Positions 38,913 to 48,317 of a DNA stretch of 64,000 bases are shown piece by piece. Made by a program: the position numbers and the translations under genes. Below the pieces are notes generated by a model, which worked only from the letters and a program-made list of their open reading frames with translations, was not told the DNA's origin and did no database searches. The stretch comes from a bacterium (lineage in GTDB: Bacteria > Acidobacteriota > Blastocatellia > HR10): NCBI GenBank assembly GCA_041640655.1, contig JBEPZV010000003.1:64001-128000 (forward strand). Direction: 5' to 3'. How positions within the stretch are numbered: the first letter of the stretch is position 1; each line of letters opens with the position of its first letter.

Positions 38913-39938
38913 TCATGGGGTTCCCATCAGCTCCATCGGCCGCTGCTGCTGCCTCCACTTTCGCAGGAAGCGCCCGAAGACGCCGTTCCACGGCGGGATC
39001 ACGATCGAGACCGCGCCGAACGCCCGCGCCTGGCAGGCCAGGCGGATGATGGGCTTCGGCTCCTCCGTCTCGATGTATCCGAATTCGCGCAGACGCCGCC
39101 GCTCATATTCCTCCATCTCGGAGAGCTTCTCCGCACCGCCCAATATCCCCACCCAGCACGACCCGCAAGAGCCGGACCGGCATTGCACGGGGATCGGCCC
39201 CTCATGGGGCACGCATCGCGGATCGCGCAGATGATGCGGGCGCTTATCCTGAGCCGCCGCCGTCGTCAGATGCTGGCGGTTGATCAGGCGGAATGTCGCC
39301 TCAGGGTCGTTCTCGTCGAAGGTGATCGTCCACACTTTGTCCGGATACTTCCACCAGTAGAAGAGGCTCTGGCGATCATCGCGCGCGCGACGGGCGAGCA
39401 CCTCGTCCGGCGTTCGCACAAGCGTCCGCGGATCGAGCGCGATTGTCCCGGGAGTGGCCCGAAAGGCCTCCAGACCGACTTGCTCCACCGTCATGAAGGC
39501 CACGGCCGTGATCCCCAGAGTGAGCGAGGGCTCCAGGCGTCGCTCCTCGGCCACCACGGCGGCGACCTCGCGAATGTGAGCCGCCAGATCCATACGCTCC
39601 GGCGCACGCGTCCGATGAGCGTAGGCGATGAGCGCGCGCTTCACCTCGGGCCAGTATCGGTGGCCATAGAGGAACCGATGCGAAGAATCAATCTGATCGG
39701 CCAGCCGATATTTCCCCTCGAGGAAGAGTTGCTGGGCCAGAGCTGCTGGGTCCTCCGCTTCTTGGAGCGCCCGCGCGAGCGCCAGCGGGAAGAAATGAAA
39801 CCAAATGCGCGTGGCCGTGCGATCCACTTCGTGAATGTGTGGCTCAAGCTGCGCCAGAGCACGCTGCCACGCCTCCTCATCCTGCTGATTCAAGAACGCT
39901 TCGAAGAGTCGGCCACCATCAGCTCCCATACGCCCCAT
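38913..39938 (-). CDS. Protein with C-terminal 2Fe-2S ferredoxin domain and unknown N-terminal domain
   Basis: CRSGSCGSC and RLACQA plant-type 2Fe-2S motif; about 200 aa N-terminal helical region unrecognised. Confidence 0.82.
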   Translation of the reverse strand: MGRMGADGGRLFEAFLNQQDEEAWQRALAQLEPHIHEVDRTATRIWFHFFPLALARALQEAEDPAALAQQLFLEGKYRLADQIDSSHRFLYGHRYWPEVKRALIAYAHRTRAPERMDLAAHIREVAAVVAEERRLEPSLTLGITAVAFMTVEQVGLEAFRATPGTIALDPRTLVRTPDEVLARRARDDRQSLFYWWKYPDKVWTITFDENDPEATFRLINRQHLTTAAAQDKRPHHLRDPRCVPHEGPIPVQCRSGSCGSCWVGILGGAEKLSEMEEYERRRLREFGYIETEEPKPIIRLACQARAFGAVSIVIPPWNGVFGRFLRKWRQQQRPMELMGTP

Positions 39939-40066
39939 CCTTTCAGAAGCACAATCTCCTGGGGGCTCCGCCGAGCCCCAGCCCCTCAGCCGACGCGAGC
40001 TATTTTAGCAAGAGGCCACCGTTGACTCAAAATTCTCCTTCCGCACCGTCTTCCCCAGGACGCGAC

Positions 40067-40291
40067 TCACCGCATGCCGAGCAAGTCTCGGGCATCGTAG
40101 TCGCAGATGAGCCCGTCCGGGTCCTGATGCTCATACGCTTCGCGGTCCACCCAGACTTGAATCCGCCCATTCTCGGCGACGCACACGATTCGATCCCGGT
40201 GCACATATCGGCCGGTGAGCTGCCCGTACTCGTTGAAGATCCACCCCGGAATCAAGTGTTGGACCGCGCGAAAATCAATGATCATCGCCAT
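40067..40291 (-). CDS. Small hypothetical protein (74 aa)
   Basis: ORF with AGGGGG RBS before ATG 40291; plausible composition. Confidence 0.55.
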   Translation of the reverse strand: MAMIIDFRAVQHLIPGWIFNEYGQLTGRYVHRDRIVCVAENGRIQVWVDREAYEHQDPDGLICDYDARDLLGMR

Positions 40292-40425
40292 GCCCCCTAC
40301 TGAATGATCGCCAAGTCCGATGGCGGAGAGGATACCCTCTGCGGCGCACATCGGCCAATTGTAGGCGAAGCGGCCGCTTCTGGCCAGAGGGGAGGCCGGG
40401 CCGAGGCAGCTCCCTTACCCCGGCT

Positions 40426-40453
40426 TTGATTCTCTGTCAAACTTTGCTATACT
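40426..40453 (+). promoter_or_regulatory. Sigma70-type promoter of the FAR operon
   Basis: TTGATT-N16-TATACT with TG extension (TGCTATACT). Confidence 0.65.
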
Positions 40454-40523
40454 GTGGGCCGATCTCAGGGGCATGGTCGGGGGAGTTGAGAGCGGGACAG
40501 GTGTAGCGTCGCTGGACTGGCGT

Positions 40524-42863
40524 ATGGCAGAGGAGCACACGGCGCACAAGGCGGCCATCCCGAGGGATGGGATCTTCTGGCGCGTGGAGGGGAGTCTGCT
40601 GAATCTGAGCGCCGTGCGGCCGATCGCCTTCTTCACGTGGAACGCGCAAAGCTTTTCCGAGCGGTGGATGCGGCGCTTGGGCTTGGCCCTCTCAGCCCTG
40701 ATTCGTCCGGTTCTCTATGCGACCGATCGCGTCCTGGCCACGCGCCTCTTGCATGCCCTGTTGCGGGGCATCAGCCGAGATCGCCTCGACTTGCTCGGGG
40801 AGGAGTACTTCCACTATACGCTCAAGCCGCGACTGAATCCGGCGGCTGTCGCTCGTCTGCGGGAGGTCGCGGCTGGCGGCGAGCCGATTGTCTTGGTGAG
40901 CCAGGCTCTGGATCATGTGCTGCGCCCTCTGGCGCGGCATCTCGGCGTCGAATACATCCTCGCCAATCGGTTGGAATTTCGAGACGGGTTGGCGACCGGG
41001 CGATTGCTCGAGCCGGTGATTCGTCCGCGCGGGGGATTGGCACGGCTGCGACCCCTGAGGGCCGACCAGCGCCTCACATTGGAGGAGCTGTGCCGTGATC
41101 TCGTGCTCTCGCCTGAGACGATTCGGCACGCCATCGTCCCAGCGCGTCGAGAGGGGGACACGCCGCCTGCGCCCGCGCGCGTCGTCTTCTTCCGAACTCC
41201 GAGGCCTGTGGGGCGCCTCTCGGTTCGCGAGACGCTCGCGGGCCGTCATATTTTGCTCATCGGGGGGACGGGGTTTATCGGGAAGGTGTGGCTGGCCAAG
41301 GTCTTGAAGGACCTGCCCGAGATCGGGCGGATTTATCTGCTCATCCGTCCTCATCGTTCGACTTCGGCGCAGCAGCGCTTCGAGGCATTGCTGGAAGATT
41401 CCCCGGTCTTCGAGCCGCTCTCTCAGCGTTATGGGAGCGACGTCCGACGGTACGTGAGCGAGCGGGTCGAGGTCATCGCTGGGGACATCACCCAGCCCGG
41501 TTTGGGGATGGATCTCGAGACGCGCGCGCGCTTGCAGCGCACGCTCGATCTGGTGATCAACTGCTCAGGATTGACCGATTTCAATCCCGATCTCCGCGAT
41601 GCGCTGGCGATCAATGTGGAAGGGACGCTGCATGTGCTCGAGTTCATGCGCGGATGCGATCGCGCGGCGCTCTTGCATCTCTCGACCTGTTACGTCGTCG
41701 GGTATCGGGATGGATGTATTCCGGAAGTCCCCGTGCCGAATTATACCCCCCGCGGGGCGGCCGACTTCGATGCCGAGCGAGAGCGTCAGGCGCTCCATGC
41801 GCTCGTGCGTGAGATCGAGGCGCTCGCTGAGAGCCCGGAAGTCACCGAGCAACTGCGGCGGCAAGCATTGGAGAGAGCCCGTGAGGCTCAGGATGCCAGC
41901 GTGTCCGGACTGGAGACGCGCCTGCGCCGCTATCGGCTGCGCTGGATTCGCAATCAGCTCGTGGAGGCCGGCATGCGCCGAGCGCAGCAGTGGGGATGGC
42001 CCAATACCTACACGTTCACCAAGAGCCTGGGCGAGTCGCTACTGTTCACGCTCGGCGCGGATCTGCCTATCGCCGTCGTGCGCCCCTCGATCGTTGAGAG
42101 CTCGCTCGCGGAGCCATTCCGAGGCTGGAACGAAGGCGTGAACACCTCGGCGCCGATCTCCTATCTGTTGGGGACGTACTTCCGGCAGCTCCCATCCAAT
42201 CAATGGAAGCGCTTGGACATCATCCCCGTGGATCTGGTCGTGCGCGGGATGATCCTGATCGCCGCTGCCCTCTGTCGGCGATGTCACGAGCGCGTCTATC
42301 ATCTGGCGACCTCCATGCGCAATCCCTGCAATATGCGGCGCTCGATCGAGCTGACGGGCTTGGCCCATCGCAAGTTCTATCGCGCCCAGCGGGAGCTGGA
42401 ATATCGGCTGCGCGCGCTCTTCGATCCCATCCCGGTCTCCAAGGAACGATACGAGCGGCTCTCGGTCCCCAGCCAGAAGGCCCTCATTCAAACGCTGCAA
42501 CGGCTCAGTGCGCCGCTGCCCTTCGTGCAGCCACCGCTTCTGCGCAAGGAGCGCGATCTGGATCGGGTGGAGAAGCTGATCGAGCTGTATGAGCCGTTCA
42601 TCCTTCACAACGAGCACGTCTTCGAGGCCACTCACATCGAGTGGCTTCAGGCCGCGCTCCCGCCAGAGGAGCGCGAGGCGTTCGGATACGACGTCACGGG
42701 GATTGACTGGTGGGAATATTGGATCAACGTCCACATTCCGGCCCTTCGCCGGTGGTCGTATCCCTTGATCGAGGGGCGTCCTCTTGAGGAGTCCTCGCGG
42801 CGCGCCTCTCGCTCCTGGACCCGTTCGAGCATGGGGGCGGCCGCCGGATCTTCAGGCGACTGA
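40524..42863 (+). CDS. HAD-IB-like domain fused to fatty acyl-CoA/ACP reductase (male-sterility/FAR family)
   Basis: N-terminal HAD-like region ([20 protein letters not shown]); FAR motifs [25 protein letters not shown] (YxxxK), VRPSIV, DIIPVD, IDW..Y...HIP. Confidence 0.9.
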   Translation: MAEEHTAHKAAIPRDGIFWRVEGSLLNLSAVRPIAFFTWNAQSFSERWMRRLGLALSALIRPVLYATDRVLATRLLHALLRGISRDRLDLLGEEYFHYTLKPRLNPAAVARLREVAAGGEPIVLVSQALDHVLRPLARHLGVEYILANRLEFRDGLATGRLLEPVIRPRGGLARLRPLRADQRLTLEELCRDLVLSPETIRHAIVPARREGDTPPAPARVVFFRTPRPVGRLSVRETLAGRHILLIGGTGFIGKVWLAKVLKDLPEIGRIYLLIRPHRSTSAQQRFEALLEDSPVFEPLSQRYGSDVRRYVSERVEVIAGDITQPGLGMDLETRARLQRTLDLVINCSGLTDFNPDLRDALAINVEGTLHVLEFMRGCDRAALLHLSTCYVVGYRDGCIPEVPVPNYTPRGAADFDAERERQALHALVREIEALAESPEVTEQLRRQALERAREAQDASVSGLETRLRRYRLRWIRNQLVEAGMRRAQQWGWPNTYTFTKSLGESLLFTLGADLPIAVVRPSIVESSLAEPFRGWNEGVNTSAPISYLLGTYFRQLPSNQWKRLDIIPVDLVVRGMILIAAALCRRCHERVYHLATSMRNPCNMRRSIELTGLAHRKFYRAQRELEYRLRALFDPIPVSKERYERLSVPSQKALIQTLQRLSAPLPFVQPPLLRKERDLDRVEKLIELYEPFILHNEHVFEATHIEWLQAALPPEEREAFGYDVTGIDWWEYWINVHIPALRRWSYPLIEGRPLEESSRRASRSWTRSSMGAAAGSSGD

Positions 42864-42877
42864 ACCCGCAAACCGCG

Positions 42878-44056
42878 ATGGCCATCACGATCACGGGAGC
42901 GACGGGATATATCGGCGCTCATGTCACGGCGCTGTTGCTGGAGCGCTCGGCGGAGCCGCTGGCGCTGCTGGTGCGCGCGAAGGGGCCGGAGGACGCCGCC
43001 CGGCGCCTCTGGCAAGCGCTTCAGCTTCATCTGGAATTCCCCGCCTTCTACGAGTATCTCCACACCCGCGTGACGCTCTATGTGGGCGATCTTACGGAAC
43101 CCCGATTGGGGCTCCCGGAGGCGGAGTACCGGCGGCTGGTGCGCGCGACGGATTCGATCATCCATTGCGCGGCCTCCCTCAATCGGCGATCCGAACGCAG
43201 CTGCTTGAACGTCAATCTCCGAGGCACGCTCGAGGTCATCAAGCTCGCCCGGGCGGCCCACGAGGATCATGGAGTGCGCCGCTTCAGCCACGTGAGCACC
43301 GTCGCCGTCGCCGGCCATCGCCGGAACGAGATCGTGCGCGAGGATGAGGCCATTGATTGGAACCGCCCGGATTACGATCCCTACGCGCGGACGAAGAAGT
43401 TCTGCGAGCACATGATCCGGGAGCTGCTGCCTGATGTCCCGCGCACGATCTTTCGGCCGAGCATCGTGCTCGGGGATAGCCGCTATGGGGCCACCACGCA
43501 ATTCGATATGGTGCGCGCCTTCGTCTTCCTGGCCAGCCTCCCCGTCTTGCCCTTCCGTCCGGACGATCGCGTGGATATCGTGCCGGTGGACTTCGTCGCC
43601 GACGCCATCGTCGCGCTCCATCAGAAGGAGCGGCCGAGATACGAGACGTATCATCTCTCGGCCGGCGTGGGCTCGCAGACCTTCCGCCAACTGACCGACG
43701 CGCTGGCCCGCGCGCGGGGGCGTCCGCGGCCGATCTATCTCCCCGCATTGGAGCGTCCGTTCACGGCCCTGGTGAATTGGCTCGCCGAGCGCCGCGGGAC
43801 GACGATCGGGTATGTGGCGTCGCTGCTCAAGGTCTTCATGCCCTATTTGGTCTGGAATACCGTCTTCGACAACACGCGCGTGGTGGAGGAGCTGGGGCGC
43901 ACGCCGCCGCCTTTCTCCGAGTATTGCTATCCGCTCTACGTCTTCAGCACGACGCATCGCTTCAGCTATCCGTACACGGCGTGGCCGGAGGACGTCACAG
44001 CGCGCGCGACGAGCATCTCGGCGCCGCCACTTCGCCGATCGGAGGGCGGGATATGA
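42878..44056 (+). CDS. Extended SDR/thioester-reductase-like oxidoreductase
   Basis: [11 protein letters not shown]....LGL, HCAA, HVST, YARTK (YxxxK), [16 protein letters not shown]. Confidence 0.9.
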   Translation: MAITITGATGYIGAHVTALLLERSAEPLALLVRAKGPEDAARRLWQALQLHLEFPAFYEYLHTRVTLYVGDLTEPRLGLPEAEYRRLVRATDSIIHCAASLNRRSERSCLNVNLRGTLEVIKLARAAHEDHGVRRFSHVSTVAVAGHRRNEIVREDEAIDWNRPDYDPYARTKKFCEHMIRELLPDVPRTIFRPSIVLGDSRYGATTQFDMVRAFVFLASLPVLPFRPDDRVDIVPVDFVADAIVALHQKERPRYETYHLSAGVGSQTFRQLTDALARARGRPRPIYLPALERPFTALVNWLAERRGTTIGYVASLLKVFMPYLVWNTVFDNTRVVEELGRTPPPFSEYCYPLYVFSTTHRFSYPYTAWPEDVTARATSISAPPLRRSEGGI

Positions 44057-45510
44057 TGGACCTGATCCTCGAACTCTGGGTGGGCGCGACGATCGAATGG
44101 AACAAGCTGCAGTGGATCCTCGGGTTCGGCGACCGATGGCGACCCGGACGGAAGCTGCGACTCCTGTTCGCCGGATATAACGGCGCGCGGAACACCGGCG
44201 CTGACGTGCGCGTCCAGGAGATGGTGCGGCAGATTCGACATATCCTCGGGGAGGAGAACGTCCACCTGAGCGTCATGACGCAGAATTTCGAGCTGACACG
44301 CGGGTACTTTCCCGGCGCGCAGCAGATCAAGCTCCCCGACGTCTTCCCCCCCATGCTCGCGCGCGAGGTTCCCAAGTACGACGGCGTCATCGCCTGCGAG
44401 GGCTCGATGTTCAAGAGCAAATTCGCCAACGCCCTCACGACGATGATGGTGGGCGCGCTCGGCATCGCCTCGGCGCGCAATCGTCTCTCGATCGGCTACG
44501 GAGCCGAAGCCGGTGATATGGATCCGTTTTTGGCGCGCCTGGTTCGCCGCTACTGTCGGCACTCGCTCGTCATCACGCGGAACGAAGAATCGCGCGCGAT
44601 CCTGAACCGGCTGGGCATCCCAACAGAGCTCGGCACAGATACCGCCTGGACCTTCGAGCCCCTCGGCCCGGAATACGGACGCGCCGTCCTGCGCGAAGCC
44701 GGATGGGATGAGCGGCGTCCGGTGCTCATCGTCTGTCCGATCAATCCCTACTGGTGGCCCGTGAAACCCTCGCTGTGGAAATATGCGGTCCATGCCCTCA
44801 CGGGCGCCTATCGGGAGAGCCATTATCGCACGATCTACTTCCATCGCTGGGGGCCGGACGTGGTCGCGCGCTATGAGCGGTATCTTGCGGCCCTGGCGGA
44901 GGCCATTCGAGCTTTCCGAGAGCGCAGCGGCGTCTTCCCCGTTCTGGTCGCGATGGAGATGCTCGATCGCGATGCCTGCCATCGCCTCTCCACGCGCTTG
45001 GGCGGCGTCCCCGTCTTCACGTCCGAGCACTACGACATGTACCAGCTGGTGAGCATCCTCCGGTGCGGTCATTTCATGGTCTCGTCCCGATATCACGGGA
45101 TCGTGTGCAGCATGCCGGCCGGCGTCGTCTCCGCTGGCGTCACCATGGACGAGCGCATCCGGAACCTCATGCACGAACGCGGCCATGCTCATCTGTTCCT
45201 GGAAGTGGACGATCCGGAGCTGGCGGAGAAGCTGCTCGCCGTCCTCACGACGCTTCAGAGCGAGCAAGAGGCCATTCGAGAAGACATCTGGCGGACGGTC
45301 GTTCGGAATCTCAAGCTCATGGCCCGCATGGGCGTCCACTTCGAGGAGTACCTCCATCGGTGCTATCCGGAGTTCCCTGTGCGTCGAGGATTCCTCTCCT
45401 GGGAGGACTACCTGCCGCCGCTCGGCCAGACCTTGCGCCGATTGCTTGAGGAGTACGATGTGGAGGAGCCCACAGGCGCTCGCGAGACTTCTCGAGAGAT
45501 GTCTTCCTAA
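44053..45510 (+). CDS. Polysaccharide pyruvyl transferase family (CsaB/WcaK-like) protein
   Basis: [11 protein letters not shown] (compare GYYG..N.GD), ITRNEES, DTAW, SSRYHG (compare .RLH); ATGA overlap with the SDR gene. Confidence 0.75.
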   Translation: MMDLILELWVGATIEWNKLQWILGFGDRWRPGRKLRLLFAGYNGARNTGADVRVQEMVRQIRHILGEENVHLSVMTQNFELTRGYFPGAQQIKLPDVFPPMLAREVPKYDGVIACEGSMFKSKFANALTTMMVGALGIASARNRLSIGYGAEAGDMDPFLARLVRRYCRHSLVITRNEESRAILNRLGIPTELGTDTAWTFEPLGPEYGRAVLREAGWDERRPVLIVCPINPYWWPVKPSLWKYAVHALTGAYRESHYRTIYFHRWGPDVVARYERYLAALAEAIRAFRERSGVFPVLVAMEMLDRDACHRLSTRLGGVPVFTSEHYDMYQLVSILRCGHFMVSSRYHGIVCSMPAGVVSAGVTMDERIRNLMHERGHAHLFLEVDDPELAEKLLAVLTTLQSEQEAIREDIWRTVVRNLKLMARMGVHFEEYLHRCYPEFPVRRGFLSWEDYLPPLGQTLRRLLEEYDVEEPTGARETSREMSS

Positions 45511-45612
45511 GGCCTGGCGGGTGCGAAGGCCAAGAGCGAACAGCTCGGGTCAACACGGAGAGCACCCGCGCGTCCGAAGGCTTCGAATCTTCGCCGGGGA
45601 GGGCGAGCCGGG

Positions 45613-47256
45613 ATGAATTTCCTTGACGCCATCTTCCACCACCTGAGGGAAGCTGCGGAGCGTCCGGTGCTCCAAGAAGTGCACCCGGAGGGCGTCCGCT
45701 CGGTGACCGGCGCGGAACTCCTGGCTCTGGTTCGCACGGCCCGCGCCTACGTGCGTCGTCAGGGCGTGCGGCCGGGCGATCGGTGCGCGCTGCTGGCGCC
45801 CAATAGCATTCGCTGGGTCGCACTCGATCTCGCCCTCATGGCCGAGGGGATCATCGTCGTTCCGCTCTACGTGCGCCAGACACCGGCGGAGCTGGTCCAC
45901 ATCATGAAGGATTGTTCGCCTGTACTCCTCTGCTGCGAGGGCGACGAGCTTCGCGATCGCTTGCGCGCTCTGTGGCCGGAAGCCCCGCCCATGCCCTCCT
46001 GGGAGGAGATCTTCGCGCCATACCCCTCGAGCGACTCGATCCCCGATGCGCCCATCCCGCGCGCCGATTCGGACCCGGTGACGATCATCTATACATCGGG
46101 CACATCGGGCGATCCCAAGGGCGTCGTCCTCACCGTGGGGAATGTCACCTTCATGCTACCGCACACGCACGAGCGGCTCGATCGGCTCATGGGGCGCCGA
46201 CGCGAGCCCGAGCGCGTCTTCCACTACTTGCCCTTCTGCTTCGCCGGTTCGTGGATTCTCCTGCTGACCTGCCTCTCGCGATCGAGCGTGCTCGCGCTCT
46301 CGACGGATCTCGCTCGACTTCGTGAGGAGATGACGCAGGTTCGCCCCCATTATTTCTTGAACGTCCCCGTGTTGCTTGAGCGCATGCGCGCCGGGATCGA
46401 AGAGCGCATGCGACACGCGAACCGTCTCGTGCGCGCGCTCTTTGAGCGAGGGAAGACGGCCTGGCAACACCACTTCGAGGGACGCGCCGATTTTCGAGAT
46501 CGCCTCTGGTTGACTCTGGCGCGCCCGCTCTTCCGCGGGATTCGCCAGCAGCTCGGTCCGCGACTTGTGGCCCTCATCTGCGGTTCGGCGCCGCTTCGCC
46601 TGGAGACCCAGCTCTTCTTCATGATGCTCGACATCCCCGTCCTGCAAGTCTACGGCCTCACCGAGACGACGGCCATCTGCACGATGGATGATCCGCACGA
46701 CTTCACGCCCGGTCGGGTCGGCCGCGCGATCCCCGGCGTCCAGATGAGGCTCGCCCCGAACGGCGAGATCCTCGTGCGCGGCCCGAACGTCTTCCCCGGA
46801 TACTGGAATCGTCCCGAGGCGACCGCGCAGGCGTTTCGCGACGGTTGGTTCTGCACGGGAGACCATGGTGAGGTGGATGAGACGGGAAAGTGGAGCATCC
46901 TCGGACGCGTCAAGCATCTGATCGTCCTCAGCTCCGGTCACAACGTCCCTCCCGAGCCGCTGGAGGACATGGTGCTTCGCGCCCTTCCCGGTGCCCAACA
47001 CGTCGTCCTCGTCGGACACGGACGCCCGCATCTGGCCGCTCTGATCACCGGAGCGGTCACGGGCGAGCAAGTCGAAGCCGCCCTGGAATCGCTCAATGCC
47101 CAGCTCCCACACTACAAGCGCATTCGCGCGTATACGATCCTCCCTGAACCCCTCACCGTCGAGAACGGGTTGCTGACGGCCAATGGCAAGCTGCGCCGAG
47201 AGGCGATCCTCGCGCGCTTTCACGCGGAGATCGAGCGCCTGTATGCGAAGGCCTGA
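45613..47256 (+). CDS. Long-chain fatty acid-CoA ligase (AMP-binding)
   Basis: IIYTSGTSGDPKG, YGLTET, TGDHG, LLTANGKLRR. Confidence 0.93.
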   Translation: MNFLDAIFHHLREAAERPVLQEVHPEGVRSVTGAELLALVRTARAYVRRQGVRPGDRCALLAPNSIRWVALDLALMAEGIIVVPLYVRQTPAELVHIMKDCSPVLLCCEGDELRDRLRALWPEAPPMPSWEEIFAPYPSSDSIPDAPIPRADSDPVTIIYTSGTSGDPKGVVLTVGNVTFMLPHTHERLDRLMGRRREPERVFHYLPFCFAGSWILLLTCLSRSSVLALSTDLARLREEMTQVRPHYFLNVPVLLERMRAGIEERMRHANRLVRALFERGKTAWQHHFEGRADFRDRLWLTLARPLFRGIRQQLGPRLVALICGSAPLRLETQLFFMMLDIPVLQVYGLTETTAICTMDDPHDFTPGRVGRAIPGVQMRLAPNGEILVRGPNVFPGYWNRPEATAQAFRDGWFCTGDHGEVDETGKWSILGRVKHLIVLSSGHNVPPEPLEDMVLRALPGAQHVVLVGHGRPHLAALITGAVTGEQVEAALESLNAQLPHYKRIRAYTILPEPLTVENGLLTANGKLRREAILARFHAEIERLYAKA

Positions 47257-47328
47257 TGGGGGCTATGGAACAAAGTCACCGTGAGCGCGCGGCAGCAAAT
47301 GCCTTCCTCAGAGCGCGCGCGCCAAGAC

Positions 47329-47538
47329 TCAGGACGGCGGTGCCCCCTCATGGGGACTGCTCGGCTTGTCCTCCAGCTTCTTCGCCTCGGCCGTGCCCTC
47401 CTTGAAGGCGCGAATGCTTTGCCCAAGACTGCGGGCCAATTCGGGCAACCGCTTCGCCCCGAAGAGCAGGACGAGGATGAAGAGGATGATGAGCAACTCC
47501 GGCAGCCCCAGATTTCCGAAGACGAAAGCTGGCTTCAT
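47329..47538 (-). CDS. tatA: Twin-arginine translocase TatA/TatE
   Basis: GLPELLIILFILVLLFGAKRLPELARSLGQSIRAFK. Confidence 0.93.
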   Translation of the reverse strand: MKPAFVFGNLGLPELLIILFILVLLFGAKRLPELARSLGQSIRAFKEGTAEAKKLEDKPSSPHEGAPPS

Positions 47539-47643
47539 GCTCGCTCTCCCTTCGCACTCTGCGCCTTTATCTTACCCACTCCGAGCGCGCGCCGTCAATT
47601 GCCGGGAATTGTCGCGGGCGCGGTCTCCGATGGCCTCGCCCTC

Positions 47644-47680
47644 TTGACAACGGAAAATGATTCTTATTTAATAATCGTCT
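47644..47680 (+). promoter_or_regulatory. Sigma70 promoter with overlapping Fur/PerR-family box
   Basis: TTGACA(47644)-N17-TTTAAT(47667); GAAAATGATTCTTATTTAA (47653-47671) matches 12/19 of the E. coli Fur consensus; AT-rich island in GC-rich DNA. Confidence 0.75.
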
Positions 47681-47721
47681 TGAATTCGCACGCCGACACT
47701 TGCTGAAAGGAGGAGGGAACT

Positions 47722-48171
47722 ATGGCGAAGTCGTTGCAAGGAACCAAGAGCTTGGAGAACCTCAAGCATGCGTTCGCCGGCGAGTCGCAAGCGAACCGCC
47801 GGTATCTCTATTTCGCCCGCATCGCGGATATCGAGGGGTATCCGGAGATCGGCGGGCTCTTCCGGGATACGGCCGAGGCCGAGACCGGTCATGCCTTCGG
47901 GCATCTCGACTTCCTGAAGGAGGTCGGGGACCCGGTGACGGGTGTGCCCTTTGGCAAGACCGAGCAGAATTTGAAGTCGGCCATCGAGGGTGAGACCTAC
48001 GAATACACGGAGATGTATCCCGGGTTCGCGCGCACGGCGCGCGAGGAGGGATTTGAGGAACTGGCCGAGTGGTTCGAGACGCTCGCGCGCGCGGAGAAGT
48101 CCCACGCGGCGCGCTTCACCAAGGGCCTGCAGCAGATCGCGGGTAAGGAGCCGGCGGAGTCGCTGGCGTGA
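47722..48171 (+). CDS. Rubrerythrin (short type, lacking the rubredoxin domain)
   Basis: AFAGESQANRRY, ETGHA, GETYEYTEMY, AEKSHA diiron motifs; no C-terminal CxxC. Confidence 0.94.
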   Translation: MAKSLQGTKSLENLKHAFAGESQANRRYLYFARIADIEGYPEIGGLFRDTAEAETGHAFGHLDFLKEVGDPVTGVPFGKTEQNLKSAIEGETYEYTEMYPGFARTAREEGFEELAEWFETLARAEKSHAARFTKGLQQIAGKEPAESLA

Positions 48172-48317
48172 GCGTCCGGGAAGCTCTCGATCGGTCGCGA
48201 GCCGATCGAGGGCTTCTGGTCGGCCCCGCCTTCTGTCGCAGGAGTGATCTCCCGGACGATGGTTTCGGGAGGAGAGAAGACGGCATCCCGAGGTGGATGC
48301 GTCCATGAGGAGAGAAC

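Noticed and set aside
40629..40644. Second parS-like site TTCTTCACGTGGAACG
   Set aside because: Several mismatches in the left arm, inside a coding sequence (FFTWN); probably chance
33993..47256. NRPS/PKS secondary-metabolite cluster
   Set aside because: No condensation or ketosynthase domains; the adenylating enzymes look like fatty-acid ligases and are accompanied by glycerolipid-type enzymes
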